Assembly (NCBI GenBank): GCA_003567575.1 | Contig: PWZG01000382.1 | Coordinates: 1-33,207, forward strand | DNA: 33,207 bases | Reading direction: 5' to 3' | From: PVC group bacterium | GTDB lineage: Bacteria > Verrucomicrobiota > Kiritimatiellia > CAIKKV01 > PXCX01 | In this document: positions 1 to 8,078 of the stretch, one piece after another | Layout: every line of letters starts with the position of its first letter | How positions within the stretch are numbered: the stretch's first letter is position 1 | Notes under the pieces: generated by a model | What the model was told of the DNA's origin: nothing | Seen by the model: only the letters and a program-made list of their open reading frames with translations | The model's database searches: none | Position numbers and translations under genes: made by a program

Positions 1-2
1 CC

Positions 3-458
3 TTAGAGCAATGGCAGTCTAACGGTTGGTTGAAGCCACATACGGTCACACGGCGGGAAGTTGATAACCTGCTTGCCATAGTGCGCCGTGATTTGATTGA
101 TGCGCGCCAAAATGCCATTTCAGACGACTGGCGTTTTGGGATCGCCTACAATGCCGCGTTAAAGCTTTGCACGGTACTTCTGAACGCCGCCGGTTACCGT
201 CCTTCACAGAATTTGGCACATTATCGCACACTGCAAGCACTTCCCATCATTCTGGGCGCCGAACGTAAGGCTGATGCGGAATATCTGGACGCCTGTCGTA
301 CCAAGCGAAATGTTGTGGAGTATGATTATATCAATGGAGCGACGGCTGCCGATGCGGATGAACTGATCGCGTTTACAGAGTCGTTGGATCGAGATGTACG
401 TGAATGGCTTACAAGGCATAATCCTCATCTGATCGGAGTCAGCGAACGCAGTCGATGA
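3..458 (+). CDS. HEPN-domain protein (toxin-like component of a HEPN/MNT-type pair), probably 5' truncated by the window edge
   Basis: The listed ORF is 30..458 with a TTG start, but the frame stays open back to position 3. The helical sequence ends with LDACRTKRNVVEYDY...DADELIAFTESLDRDVREWL. That matches the R-x(2)-RN-x(3)-Y plus acidic helix layout of PF05168-type HEPN proteins. No partner gene is visible in the window. Confidence 0.6.
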   Translation, partial: LEQWQSNGWLKPHTVTRREVDNLLAIVRRDLIDARQNAISDDWRFGIAYNAALKLCTVLLNAAGYRPSQNLAHYRTLQALPIILGAERKADAEYLDACRTKRNVVEYDYINGATAADADELIAFTESLDRDVREWLTRHNPHLIGVSERSR

Positions 459-575
459 CTGGCTCCACGGGGTCAGTCTTAGCGTGCGCGTGGTACCGAA
501 GAATCCGGGAAACCGCCCCCAGCGGAAGCCGGAGGAGGGACGGGGCACGCCGGGATAAATATGACGGAATCGTTA

Positions 576-825
576 ATGGGAAACACGGGAGATACAATGG
601 AATCTCGGACAGTGTACACGAGACAGCAACGAATAGCGGAGCTGGCGGGATAAACGCCGCGCTTTCGCCTGGTGTCATTGAATCAGTATCTGGATGTGGA
701 GTGGTTGCAAGAAGCCTACCGGCTGACGCGCAAGAGTGATACGGCGGCTGGTGAGCAAGTGGCTTCATGCGGGAGTGATGGAAGAAGGGGCCATTTGGTA
801 CCCGGTCATTAGGGTGACATCTTAA
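576..825 (+). pseudogene. Relic of a group II intron-encoded reverse transcriptase/maturase (N-terminal region only)
   Basis: The frame from ATG 576 reads MGNTGDTMESRTVYTRQQRIAELAG, then an in-frame TAA at 651-653, then TPRFRLVSLNQYLDVEWLQEAYRLTRKS. This is the characteristic N-terminus of bacterial group II intron RTs (..QRIAELA..P...F.SLNHYLD..WL.EAY.RTRKDGA.GVDG). The frame degenerates after RKS and stops at 810-812. A shifted frame gives G.IWYPVIRV, resembling G.Y.P.PVRRV.I. The RT palm, maturase domain and ribozyme domain V are absent. Confidence 0.5.
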
Positions 826-962
826 CATGTAACAACCATCTTGACGTATTTAGTGCCTTAAACACACGAAACCGCCATAAAAAACAAGAAAACCGTTAGC
901 CGTTCACTCGCGTGGTCTCCCTCTCCCTCTGGGAGAGGGCCGGGGTGAGGGTTGGCGAAGCC

Positions 963-1058
963 ATTAGTGACTTATTCAAGCATGTTTGCGCAGAAAAACA
1001 AGAAGATTTATGCGGAACTGATGAATGGAATCGGGTGTCGGGTGTCGAGTGTCGGGTT
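963..1058 (+). repeat. Interspersed repeat copy A: conserved core plus a GTGTCGG heptamer tract
   Basis: attagtgacTTATTCAAGCATGtTTGCGcagAAAAACAAGAAgatttATGCGGAactgATGaATGGaaTCGGG aligns by hand to 32773-32845 with most positions identical and one 1-nt indel. It is followed by GTGTCGG GTGTCGA GTGTCGG at 1033-1057. A short extra fragment, ataaaaaacaagaaaacc, lies at 878-895. Confidence 0.6.
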
Positions 1059-1508
1059 GTTTCCGGAAGATGATTTGGCACAATCATCGCCGTGGATCCA
1101 TGGGGCGCATGTCGCCTGCCTGTGCCGCCACGGCAGACAGGGCCCGACGTACGCCGGGAAAGTTCGACCTCGGGCCCGGACGTCGCCCTCCGGGCACCGG
1201 CGGGTACGCGAGGTCGTGCCATGGGATGCCGAGGTCGGGCCGACCTCGGCCACAAAGAGCCGTGAACATGATCTACGCGAAGCGATGCCTTGCTAACTTC
1301 GATGTTGGACGTTCGCCTCGGCCGGGACGGTTTGCCTATCGTCTTGGGGTTGAAACACCAACACGCGAATGGCACCTTTTCCCTTGAAATCCGCTCCTTA
1401 TGGCAAAACTACAGGTCCCCAGAGTTTGCATCTTGCCGTGGATCGTGGTATCGTTCGCTTTTCCCAAGCGGGGTAACAGTTTTTAAAACGCAATCAAGGA
1501 GAGAAATC

Positions 1509-2870
1509 ATGAGTTCCAACGAAATCGTTTCTATCGGATCACGGCGCGAATTATTTATCGATGACGTGATGATCGCTTCGCTGACGGGCGGCGCGCGACG
1601 TATTGCGCATGCGCCGCAACCGCGCGGCATAGTGTTGGAACACGATCGCGTTTGGGAAGGGAATACCAGCGCGTATCACAGTTTTTTTCCGGACGGCGGC
1701 GGTGTGCGCGTGTATTATCGCGGTTCGCAAAGTAATCCCCGCCTCGGCGGCGGCGGCTCGCATCAGGTGGCCTGCATGGCCGAAAGCGATGACGGCATCC
1801 ATTTTCGTAAACCCGTACTCGGTGTCATTGAATTCCAGGGATCGACCGCCAATAATATCGTGCATGACGGCATCGCCAAACACAATTTCGCGCCGTTCAA
1901 GGATAGCCGGCCGGGTTGCCCGTCCGAACAACGCTACAAAGCCTTGGGCGGCAGCGGCAAGACCGGTTTGATCGCCTATTACTCGCCGGACGGCGTTTAC
2001 TGGAAACCGGCATCCGACAAACCTGTGATCACCGACGGCAAATTCGATTCGCAGAATTTGGCGTTTTGGGATAGTGTACGCGGCGAATATCGCGCCTATT
2101 ACCGCGACTTCAAAAAACATGATCCGGAACAGCAGGGCATACGCGACATCAAAACGGCGACATCGCAGGATTTCATTCAATGGACGGAAGGTCAATGGCT
2201 GGAATATCCCGGTGCGCCGGTGGAGCAGCTTTATACCAACCAAGTGACGCCATGTCCGGGCGCACCCCATTTGCTGATCGGGTTCCCGACCCGCTATCTG
2301 CCGGATCGCGGCCAGATCACCGAAGGGTTACTAATGTCGAGTCGTGACGGCGTGGTGTTCCAACGCTGGGGCGAAGCCCTGATCCGGCCGGGATTAAACC
2401 GTGAACGATGGGGTAATCGCTGCAATTATGTCTGGCATGGAATCATCGAGACCCCTTCCGATCTTCCCGGCGCACCCAACGAATGGTCGATTTACTCGAC
2501 CGAAAGCTATTACGAGGGCGCGGTCAACCATGTGCGGCGCTTTACGGTACGGATGGAAGGGTTCGTTTCAGTCAACGCAACCCTGTGCGGCGGCGAGATG
2601 ATTACCCGGCCATTGACGTTCACCGGAAACCGCTTGCTGCTGAACGTCTCAACCGCCGCCGCTGGCGCACTGCGGGCTGAAATCCAGACACCCGATGGCC
2701 AACCGATCAAGGGATTCGAGATGGCGAACTGCGAGGAAATATGGGGCGACACTCTCGAAAGGGAAGTTGTCTGGAAAGATCAACCCGATCTTGGCGCCCT
2801 TGCCGGACAGCCGGTGCGTCTGCGGTTTACGTTGAACGACGCAGATCTTTATAGTTTTTGTTTCGTATAA
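1509..2870 (+). CDS. Putative glycoside hydrolase, five-bladed beta-propeller fold with a C-terminal beta-sandwich; no signal peptide
   Basis: ATG 1509 is preceded by caAGGAGagaaatc. The N-terminus is MSSNEIVSIGSRRELFIDDVMI. Repeated blade-like segments include VRVYYRG, LIAYYSPDGVYW, YRAYYRD and SIYSTESYY. The C-terminus reads GQPVRLRFTLNDADLYSF. This pattern is typical of uncharacterised GH43/GH32-clan-like proteins. The listed ORF start at 1290 is an upstream in-frame extension through repeat DNA. Confidence 0.65.
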   Translation: MSSNEIVSIGSRRELFIDDVMIASLTGGARRIAHAPQPRGIVLEHDRVWEGNTSAYHSFFPDGGGVRVYYRGSQSNPRLGGGGSHQVACMAESDDGIHFRKPVLGVIEFQGSTANNIVHDGIAKHNFAPFKDSRPGCPSEQRYKALGGSGKTGLIAYYSPDGVYWKPASDKPVITDGKFDSQNLAFWDSVRGEYRAYYRDFKKHDPEQQGIRDIKTATSQDFIQWTEGQWLEYPGAPVEQLYTNQVTPCPGAPHLLIGFPTRYLPDRGQITEGLLMSSRDGVVFQRWGEALIRPGLNRERWGNRCNYVWHGIIETPSDLPGAPNEWSIYSTESYYEGAVNHVRRFTVRMEGFVSVNATLCGGEMITRPLTFTGNRLLLNVSTAAAGALRAEIQTPDGQPIKGFEMANCEEIWGDTLEREVVWKDQPDLGALAGQPVRLRFTLNDADLYSFCFV

Positions 2871-2877
2871 GTGTCAT

Positions 2878-3048
2878 CCTATGGAATAATGGAATATTGG
2901 AATAATGATAGAAGGCCAAAACCGCTATCTTGCAAGCGGAAAAGATGCAATGCAAAATTGGTCCAATGCCTGACGCTGAAACCGTAACCGTCAGAGTGCC
3001 ATAAGTTTCCATCATTCCAATGTTCCCATATTCCAACATTCCGCTAGG
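2878..3048. repeat. Imperfect inverted repeat built from degenerate octamers, flanking a roughly 90-nt centre
   Basis: The left arm at 2878-2915 is cctat GGAATAAT GGAATATT GGAATAAT gatagaag. The reverse complement of the right arm at 3005-3048 is cctagc GGAATGTT GGAATATG GGAACATT GGAATGAT ggaaac. The centre contains small hairpins (ccgct..agcgg and ctgacg..cgtcag). The element lies between the stop at 2870 and the start at 3061. Confidence 0.55.
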
Positions 3049-3060
3049 GAGAAGTAGATT

Positions 3061-3516
3061 ATGATTGTAGACGATATCAGAAACGCGGTGCTTTATGGCG
3101 GAATCGCCGATCGGATGCGAAGTGCATTCGAATATCTGGTTGTGACGGATTTCGACGATATGGCGTTGGGCAGATACGCGATTGATGGCGACAACCTTTT
3201 CGCGTTGGTTCAGCAGTATGAAACCAAGGCACGAGACCAGGGCGTATGGGAAGCTCATCGCCGGTACATTGACGTGCAATATATCGCTACGGGTATAGAA
3301 ACAATCGGATATGCGCCTATCGATGGATTGAAGGTCACCCAACCTTATGCAGATGATAAGGATTGCGTGTTGCTTGCCGGAAACGGCGATTTCCTGACAG
3401 CCCGCGCCGGGACTTTTTTCGTGTTTTTCCCGGAAGACGCTCACATGCCGGGGTTAACCCATACCACGCCGGGCACGGTGCGTAAGGTGGTCGTCAAGGT
3501 CCTGATTGGGGCCTGA
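3061..3516 (+). CDS. YhcH/YjgK/YiaL family protein (DUF386, beta-galactosidase beta-subunit-like cupin; E. coli YhcH is linked to sialic acid metabolism)
   Basis: The RBS is agGGAGaagtagatt before the ATG. Family hallmarks seen: GRYAIDGDNLFALV, HRRYIDVQY, FFVFFPEDAHMPG and VRKVVVKV. Confidence 0.9.
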   Translation: MIVDDIRNAVLYGGIADRMRSAFEYLVVTDFDDMALGRYAIDGDNLFALVQQYETKARDQGVWEAHRRYIDVQYIATGIETIGYAPIDGLKVTQPYADDKDCVLLAGNGDFLTARAGTFFVFFPEDAHMPGLTHTTPGTVRKVVVKVLIGA

Positions 3517-3533
3517 ACTGGAAAGCGGGCCGC

Positions 3534-4916
3534 ATGAATACCAGGATGCATTTCGCCAACGGTGACGTGCCTGCTGTTCTTCCCGACCAGACGGATGTTC
3601 TGCGGTTGCCCGCCCAGTCCGCCGCCGCCGCGCCGGGATGGCTTATCCGACAGGCCTTGGATAATCCCGCCGACTCGCCTGTATTGTCGGAAATCGTGCG
3701 CGCCAAGATGCTTTCGGTAAAATATCCCCGTGTCGTTATCGTGGTATCGGATAATACGCGACCCATTCCATACAAGGGTTCATCCGGAATTCTCGCGCCC
3801 TTGATCGAGACCCTCCTAACCGCCGGTATCCGGGCAAAACACATTACGCTGTTGGTTGCGACCGGCACCCATGCACCCATGGATGATAAGGCGTTGCGCC
3901 GCATGCTCGGCGATCAAGTTTTCAAAGCCGGTATATCGGTTCGCAACCATGATTGTACCGACTCATCCGGTCTTATCCATCTGGGCCGGAGTTCGAGAGG
4001 CAATATGGTTTACGTGAATCGTACGTATATGGAAGCGGATATAAAAATTCTGACCGGTTTGGTGGAAAGCCATTTCATGGCCGGCGCCTCCGGCGGCAGG
4101 AAAGCTATTTGCCCGGGAATTATCGGCGAACAAAGTACGTTTGTCTTTCACGGCGCGGCCATCTTGTCGCATCGCAATGCCCGCGACCTGGTCCTTGACG
4201 GTAATCCGGTCCATGAAGAAGCCTTGGAAATCGCCGGTATGGCGGGGGCGGATTTTAGCGTGAACGTCACTCTCAATCGCCGGCATGAAATGACCGGCGT
4301 CTTTGCGGGTGGTCTGGACACCGCGCATCGGCAGGCCGTGGAAACCTTGCGCAAACATGTGGAAATACCCATCCACCGGACGTATGATATGGTCGTGACC
4401 CACGGCGGCTATGTGGGGGTCAACCATTACCAGTGCGCCAAGGCCGCGGTGGCGGCCATCCCCGCCTTGCAGTCCGATTCCATTCTCTTTATGCCGGCCA
4501 GTACCACCGATGTGGAGCCCGTCGGAAGCGTACGTTACAAAAAAGTACTGGCCTTGCTTAAGGAAACGGGCGCCGCCGGGTTTTCGAGACAAATTCTCGA
4601 AGCGTCCTGGGATTTTGTTCCCGAACAATGGCAGGTCCAGATGTGGGCCAAGGTTTTTCAGATTATCCCGACATCGAATTTCTATTTTTTCAGTCCGTAT
4701 CTCACGCAAGACCATTGGGCTGATTTACCGGGGAACAATGCCGCCGATCTTGTGACAGCGTTGCCACCGGCCGCCAATCCGGAAACCCGGATCGGCGCCG
4801 TTACGCAAAATGGCGTGACCTGCTTGATCGATAGATTTCGAAGCGCGCATGGCCGCAACCCGAGTATCGCATTTCTCGCCGACGGTCCGTACGGCGTGCT
4901 GAAACGAACATTTTAA
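3534..4916 (+). CDS. LarA-like nickel-pincer-nucleotide-dependent racemase/epimerase homolog (DUF2088 family)
   Basis: LarA active-site motifs are all present: VVSDNTRP (S-D-x-T-R), ATGTHAP (the His108 equivalent), [18 protein letters not shown] (the His174 and cofactor-tethering Lys184 equivalents) and GNPVHEE (the His200 equivalent). Confidence 0.85.
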   Translation: MNTRMHFANGDVPAVLPDQTDVLRLPAQSAAAAPGWLIRQALDNPADSPVLSEIVRAKMLSVKYPRVVIVVSDNTRPIPYKGSSGILAPLIETLLTAGIRAKHITLLVATGTHAPMDDKALRRMLGDQVFKAGISVRNHDCTDSSGLIHLGRSSRGNMVYVNRTYMEADIKILTGLVESHFMAGASGGRKAICPGIIGEQSTFVFHGAAILSHRNARDLVLDGNPVHEEALEIAGMAGADFSVNVTLNRRHEMTGVFAGGLDTAHRQAVETLRKHVEIPIHRTYDMVVTHGGYVGVNHYQCAKAAVAAIPALQSDSILFMPASTTDVEPVGSVRYKKVLALLKETGAAGFSRQILEASWDFVPEQWQVQMWAKVFQIIPTSNFYFFSPYLTQDHWADLPGNNAADLVTALPPAANPETRIGAVTQNGVTCLIDRFRSAHGRNPSIAFLADGPYGVLKRTF

Positions 4917-5842
4917 TGCATTTCGGTGTCAACCGTGCCGATTCCCGCCCGATAGAAGTGGAAATGCACGTTGGGATGATCGGCCAGCAGCGACATCGGA
5001 ACGGCCGAATCGGCAATGCGCTTGGAAATCATCAGGGTCGTCAAACGCATGCCGAACGGATTATCATGCATGCCGGCTTGCCAGATGGATACCTTTTCCG
5101 ATTTCCAGGTTTCGACCGGTCCCACCGTGGTGGCCTGGGTTGGTACCAGCGAGATGTTGCCGCCGCCCGAGGTGCGGGCGTTCTGCGCAATCGTCAACGG
5201 ATGCAAGTCCACGACGCGTGCCGACAGTTTGCGGTATTCCGCCGCCGGCATCGGTTCGTTTTTATATTTCCCTTTGCGTTTTGGCGGATCGTTGAAAGCC
5301 CAGTGTTTCACATCTCCCTGACCGCCCTGCATGACTACGCAACGCACATCGTCGAAACTGCGCGTGTAGGCGGACAGGTCACCGGAGGGAAAGTGTAACT
5401 GCGCTTTCGGGATACGCAGTTTGCGATCGATCTTGTTAAAACACAAATTGTCGTCGGCCTTAGAGAACGACAACGGATGATTGGTTGCGACCGGTTTGCC
5501 GTCCTCAACCCATTCGTCCATGCCCCAGAAATGGGCGTCTTTGAGATTCAATGCCAATGCATTGACGATGCGTGCAACCAGTGGAAGTTGTTCGGTGGGG
5601 CCGATCGGACCGCAGATGCCGGCGGGATTGTCGGGCGTGGATTGACGCCAGGCCGAAATGTATTCCAGCGCTTCCGCGGTGTAGAAATCTTCCAGGGTAT
5701 CGTAAAACGATACTTGAAATCCCGGGCGCGAGAGCTTGCGCAGATCGTTTGCCTTCAGTCGGGCGGCGTCCTGGATCAGGTCCGTTTCCAGCGTGGTGTA
5801 ATCCCACCATTGCGGGGCGACTTTGCTGATGGGTCTTGACAT
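4913..5842 (-). CDS. Glucosamine-6-phosphate deaminase/isomerase (NagB)-like superfamily protein, divergent
   Basis: A strong RBS (AAGGAG) lies 8 nt upstream of ATG 5842. Motifs GMDEW and [15 protein letters not shown] correspond to the NagB G(M/L)DE(Y/R) and G.G..GH.AFNEP blocks. The gene is translationally close to the upstream LmbE-like gene, with a 19-nt gap. Confidence 0.75.
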   Translation of the reverse strand: MSRPISKVAPQWWDYTTLETDLIQDAARLKANDLRKLSRPGFQVSFYDTLEDFYTAEALEYISAWRQSTPDNPAGICGPIGPTEQLPLVARIVNALALNLKDAHFWGMDEWVEDGKPVATNHPLSFSKADDNLCFNKIDRKLRIPKAQLHFPSGDLSAYTRSFDDVRCVVMQGGQGDVKHWAFNDPPKRKGKYKNEPMPAAEYRKLSARVVDLHPLTIAQNARTSGGGNISLVPTQATTVGPVETWKSEKVSIWQAGMHDNPFGMRLTTLMISKRIADSAVPMSLLADHPNVHFHFYRAGIGTVDTEMH

Positions 5843-5861
5843 GGTATGGTACTCCTTCTTT

Positions 5862-6680
5862 TTACTGGTTTAACCATTCGGTATAAGCCGGATCGATACG
5901 ATAATTCTTGCCCAGGGCGTCGGCCAATGGATCGGCCGATTGCGGCCCGAATCCCAGGGCGCTGTGCCGGCGCCAGCCTTCGGCAGACGTGAAAACTTGC
6001 GATTGTTCGCCGACCATCCTGGCGAACCGCGCCATGTCATCAAGATAGGCATCCATTCCCTGCGTCTGGTCAAGCCATTCCTTCTGTGAACGGTGACAGG
6101 CCAGCATGGCGCGCTTTTTATCCATATACGGCGTAATATCGACATAGCCCTCCACCGGTACCCGTCGCCGCATGTTGTCCCGCAATCCGTGTGGCATGGC
6201 ATGATATATCGCCGTGTCGCCATCCCATATCGGTTGCGGGGGATCCGTGACATGATTGATGCTGGCACGGGAAAACGCGCCCGTGACGACAAGTCGCGCC
6301 GTGTTCTGGTGGTCTTCCATATAGTCTTCCAGCGAATGGGTCAGGATAATATCGGGCTTGATTTCTCGAATGACGGCACTGACCTTCAGCAACAGCGGGC
6401 GGTCGTAGAAAATATAGAAATCGTCGGTGATCGACGGATGCATCACGGCGCCGGCCAATGCGGCGGCATCGCATGCCTCTTGCCGGCGCGTACGGACGAT
6501 GCGTTCGCGATCAAGCGTGGCCGTACCACCGGAACCGGTTCCAATCGTCCACATATGAATCCGGGCGCCGGCATCCTGCAGCCGAAGCATGGTTCCGATC
6601 ATCGCGAACTCAATATCGTCGGGATGCGCACCGACGCCCAGCACCGTTAATGTGTCGCCAGCGTTGGACTGATTATTCAT
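5862..6680 (-). CDS. PIG-L/LmbE family N-acetylglucosaminyl deacetylase
   Basis: The N-terminus [19 protein letters not shown] carries the AHPDD.E zinc-binding signature. A downstream [10 protein letters not shown] block is also present. Confidence 0.85.
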   Translation of the reverse strand: MNNQSNAGDTLTVLGVGAHPDDIEFAMIGTMLRLQDAGARIHMWTIGTGSGGTATLDRERIVRTRRQEACDAAALAGAVMHPSITDDFYIFYDRPLLLKVSAVIREIKPDIILTHSLEDYMEDHQNTARLVVTGAFSRASINHVTDPPQPIWDGDTAIYHAMPHGLRDNMRRRVPVEGYVDITPYMDKKRAMLACHRSQKEWLDQTQGMDAYLDDMARFARMVGEQSQVFTSAEGWRRHSALGFGPQSADPLADALGKNYRIDPAYTEWLNQ

Positions 6681-6682
6681 AA

Positions 6683-6720
6683 TTTTCCATCATTCCAATG
6701 TTCCAATTTTCCATCATTCC
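6683..6720. repeat. Solitary arm of the octamer (ATTCCAAT-type) repeat, followed by a perfect palindrome gcatccctaagggatgc
   Basis: ttttccatc ATTCCAAT GTTCCAAT tttccatc ATTCCgca resembles the right arm at 3005-3048. It sits immediately upstream of the LmbE-like start codon at 6680. On the minus strand it reads ggaatgatggaaaatt directly before that ATG. Confidence 0.4.
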
Positions 6721-6921
6721 GCATCCCTAAGGGATGCTGGTGGTTTTGTTAATACAACCACGTCATGTCTTGATATCAACCTGTATCACATACGGGCTTC
6801 AATCCGCTACCCAGAGGTCGCGGCACGCGACACCCGGCACCCGTAACTATTACCGTGTTGAAGACGAAGAATCAAGCATATTATTGAGCGGCGGACGCTC
6901 ATTTGGTAAATTACCGGCGAT

Positions 6922-8064
6922 TTATTGGGTGTTATTATCCGCAAAATCGGATAATGCATCGAGCACGGCGGCGACAGCGTCGGTTTCGGGCAGGGTTTTA
7001 CAGTATTGGCCCCGGATATATAGCGCCACTTTACCCGCTCCGCCGGCGATGGCGATATCGGCTTCGCGCGCTTCGCCCGGTCCGTTGACCATGCAGCCCA
7101 TGACCGCGATCAGCGGCGCTGTCTGCATGCTTTGGGCGTGGCGTCCGCCGTAACGGCGATTGACGACGGTTTCAATACGTTGCGCCATCGCTTGCACGTT
7201 GACCGATGTGCGGGCGCATGTCGGGCAGGAGATGACCCGCGGTGCGGGCGCACGCAGTCCGAGCGATCGTAGAATATCCAGCCCGACCTTGACTTCGTGC
7301 CATGGCGCCGCCGTCAGTGAAACGCGGATCGTATCGCCGATTCCTTCCGCCAGCAAGATACCCAGCGCTACGGATGATTGCACTGCGCCGCTCAAACGGG
7401 TGCCCGCTTCCGTTACGCCGAGATGCAGCGGGTAATCGGTCTGACGGCTAAGTAAACGATAGGCTTTAATCGTGCGGATGGTATCAGATGCTTTGACGGA
7501 AATCTTTATGGCATCGAAGTTTGCCGCTTCCAGCAGGCGTACATGGTGCAGTGCACTTTCAACCAAAGCCGCCGCGGTCGGCGCGCCGTGTCGCGCGAGA
7601 ATATGTTTTTCCAATGAACCGCTGTTGACGCCGATACGGATCGGCGTACCGCGGTCGCGGGCGGCGCGCGCCAGTTCACGCACCTTGATATCGCTGCCGA
7701 TATTGCCGGGATTGATGCGTAATCCGTGGACGCCCGCTGCCAGTGCGGCCATGGCCAGTTTGTGATCGAAATGAATATCGGCCACCAGCGGGATGCGGCA
7801 GCGCGCGCAATAAACGCGTAATGCATCCGCCGCCGCCATGTTTGGAATTGCCAGGCGCACCAAATCGGCGCCGCATGCTTCCAGTCGCCGGATTTGGCGC
7901 AGGGTAGCGACGGTATCGCGCGTATCGGTCTTGGTCATCGTCTGGACCGAAATCGGCGCATCGCCGCCGATTTTCAAATCGCCGATCGTAATCGCGCGTG
8001 TTGACCGTCTCGCGGCTGTGACGGCCTCCGCCACGTTGTGGGATGATGGATTGCAGCCGCTCAC
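6922..8064 (-). CDS. ispG: 4-hydroxy-3-methylbut-2-en-1-yl diphosphate synthase (IspG/GcpE), MEP pathway
   Basis: Motifs seen: IGGDAPISVQTMTKTDTRD, VRLAIPN, ISCPTCARTS and VMGCMVNGPGEAREADIAIAGG. I place the start at GTG 8064 (gcGAGGtttaccc before the GTG). The listed ORF reaches 8379, which would overlap rseP by 300 nt. Confidence 0.9.
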   Translation of the reverse strand: MSGCNPSSHNVAEAVTAARRSTRAITIGDLKIGGDAPISVQTMTKTDTRDTVATLRQIRRLEACGADLVRLAIPNMAAADALRVYCARCRIPLVADIHFDHKLAMAALAAGVHGLRINPGNIGSDIKVRELARAARDRGTPIRIGVNSGSLEKHILARHGAPTAAALVESALHHVRLLEAANFDAIKISVKASDTIRTIKAYRLLSRQTDYPLHLGVTEAGTRLSGAVQSSVALGILLAEGIGDTIRVSLTAAPWHEVKVGLDILRSLGLRAPAPRVISCPTCARTSVNVQAMAQRIETVVNRRYGGRHAQSMQTAPLIAVMGCMVNGPGEAREADIAIAGGAGKVALYIRGQYCKTLPETDAVAAVLDALSDFADNNTQ

Positions 8065-8078
8065 GGGTAAACCTCGCT

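Noticed and set aside
459-900. A possible intact group II intron (ribozyme plus ORF).
   Set aside because: Only about 75 codons of the RT N-terminus remain. I could not find a domain V-like GAGC...GAAA...GGTTC hairpin anywhere nearby. Only about 90 nt separate a GTGCG at 484 from the ORF, which is too short for domains I-III.
1033-1057. The heptamer and octamer tandem tracts (1033-1057, 17002-17024, 32847-32890, 22041-22068, 2882-2908) as a possible CRISPR array.
   Set aside because: The period is only 7-8 nt, there are no spacers, only 3-7 units are present and no cas genes are nearby. These are microsatellite-like tracts, not CRISPR.
896-1387. ORFs 952..1296 (+), 1025..1387 (+), 896..1375 (-), 1008..1253 (-) and 455..739 (+) lie in the left intergenic stretch.
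   Set aside because: They run through the interspersed repeat, heptamer tracts and GC-rich hairpins. The apparent peptide similarity between repeat copies reflects nucleotide conservation, and frames are not preserved between copies.
1290-1508. Upstream in-frame extensions of listed ORFs: 1290 for the GH-like gene, 18796 for the beta-helix gene and 20575 for the URO-D-family gene.
   Set aside because: In each case an internal ATG with a good AGGAG/GAGG RBS coincides with the start of family-typical sequence. The extensions cross repeats or pseudogene fragments.
2878-3048. The imperfect inverted repeats at gene 3' ends as possible integron attC sites.
   Set aside because: I see no RYYYAAC/GTTRRRY boundary motifs, no integrase gene and no attI in the window. 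The arms are internally periodic, unlike attC sites.
6734-7153. ORF 6734..7153 (+, 139 aa), overlapping the ispG 3' end and its downstream spacer.
   Set aside because: Half of it is antisense to ispG. The remainder lies in a spacer with small hairpins. It has no RBS and no motif.
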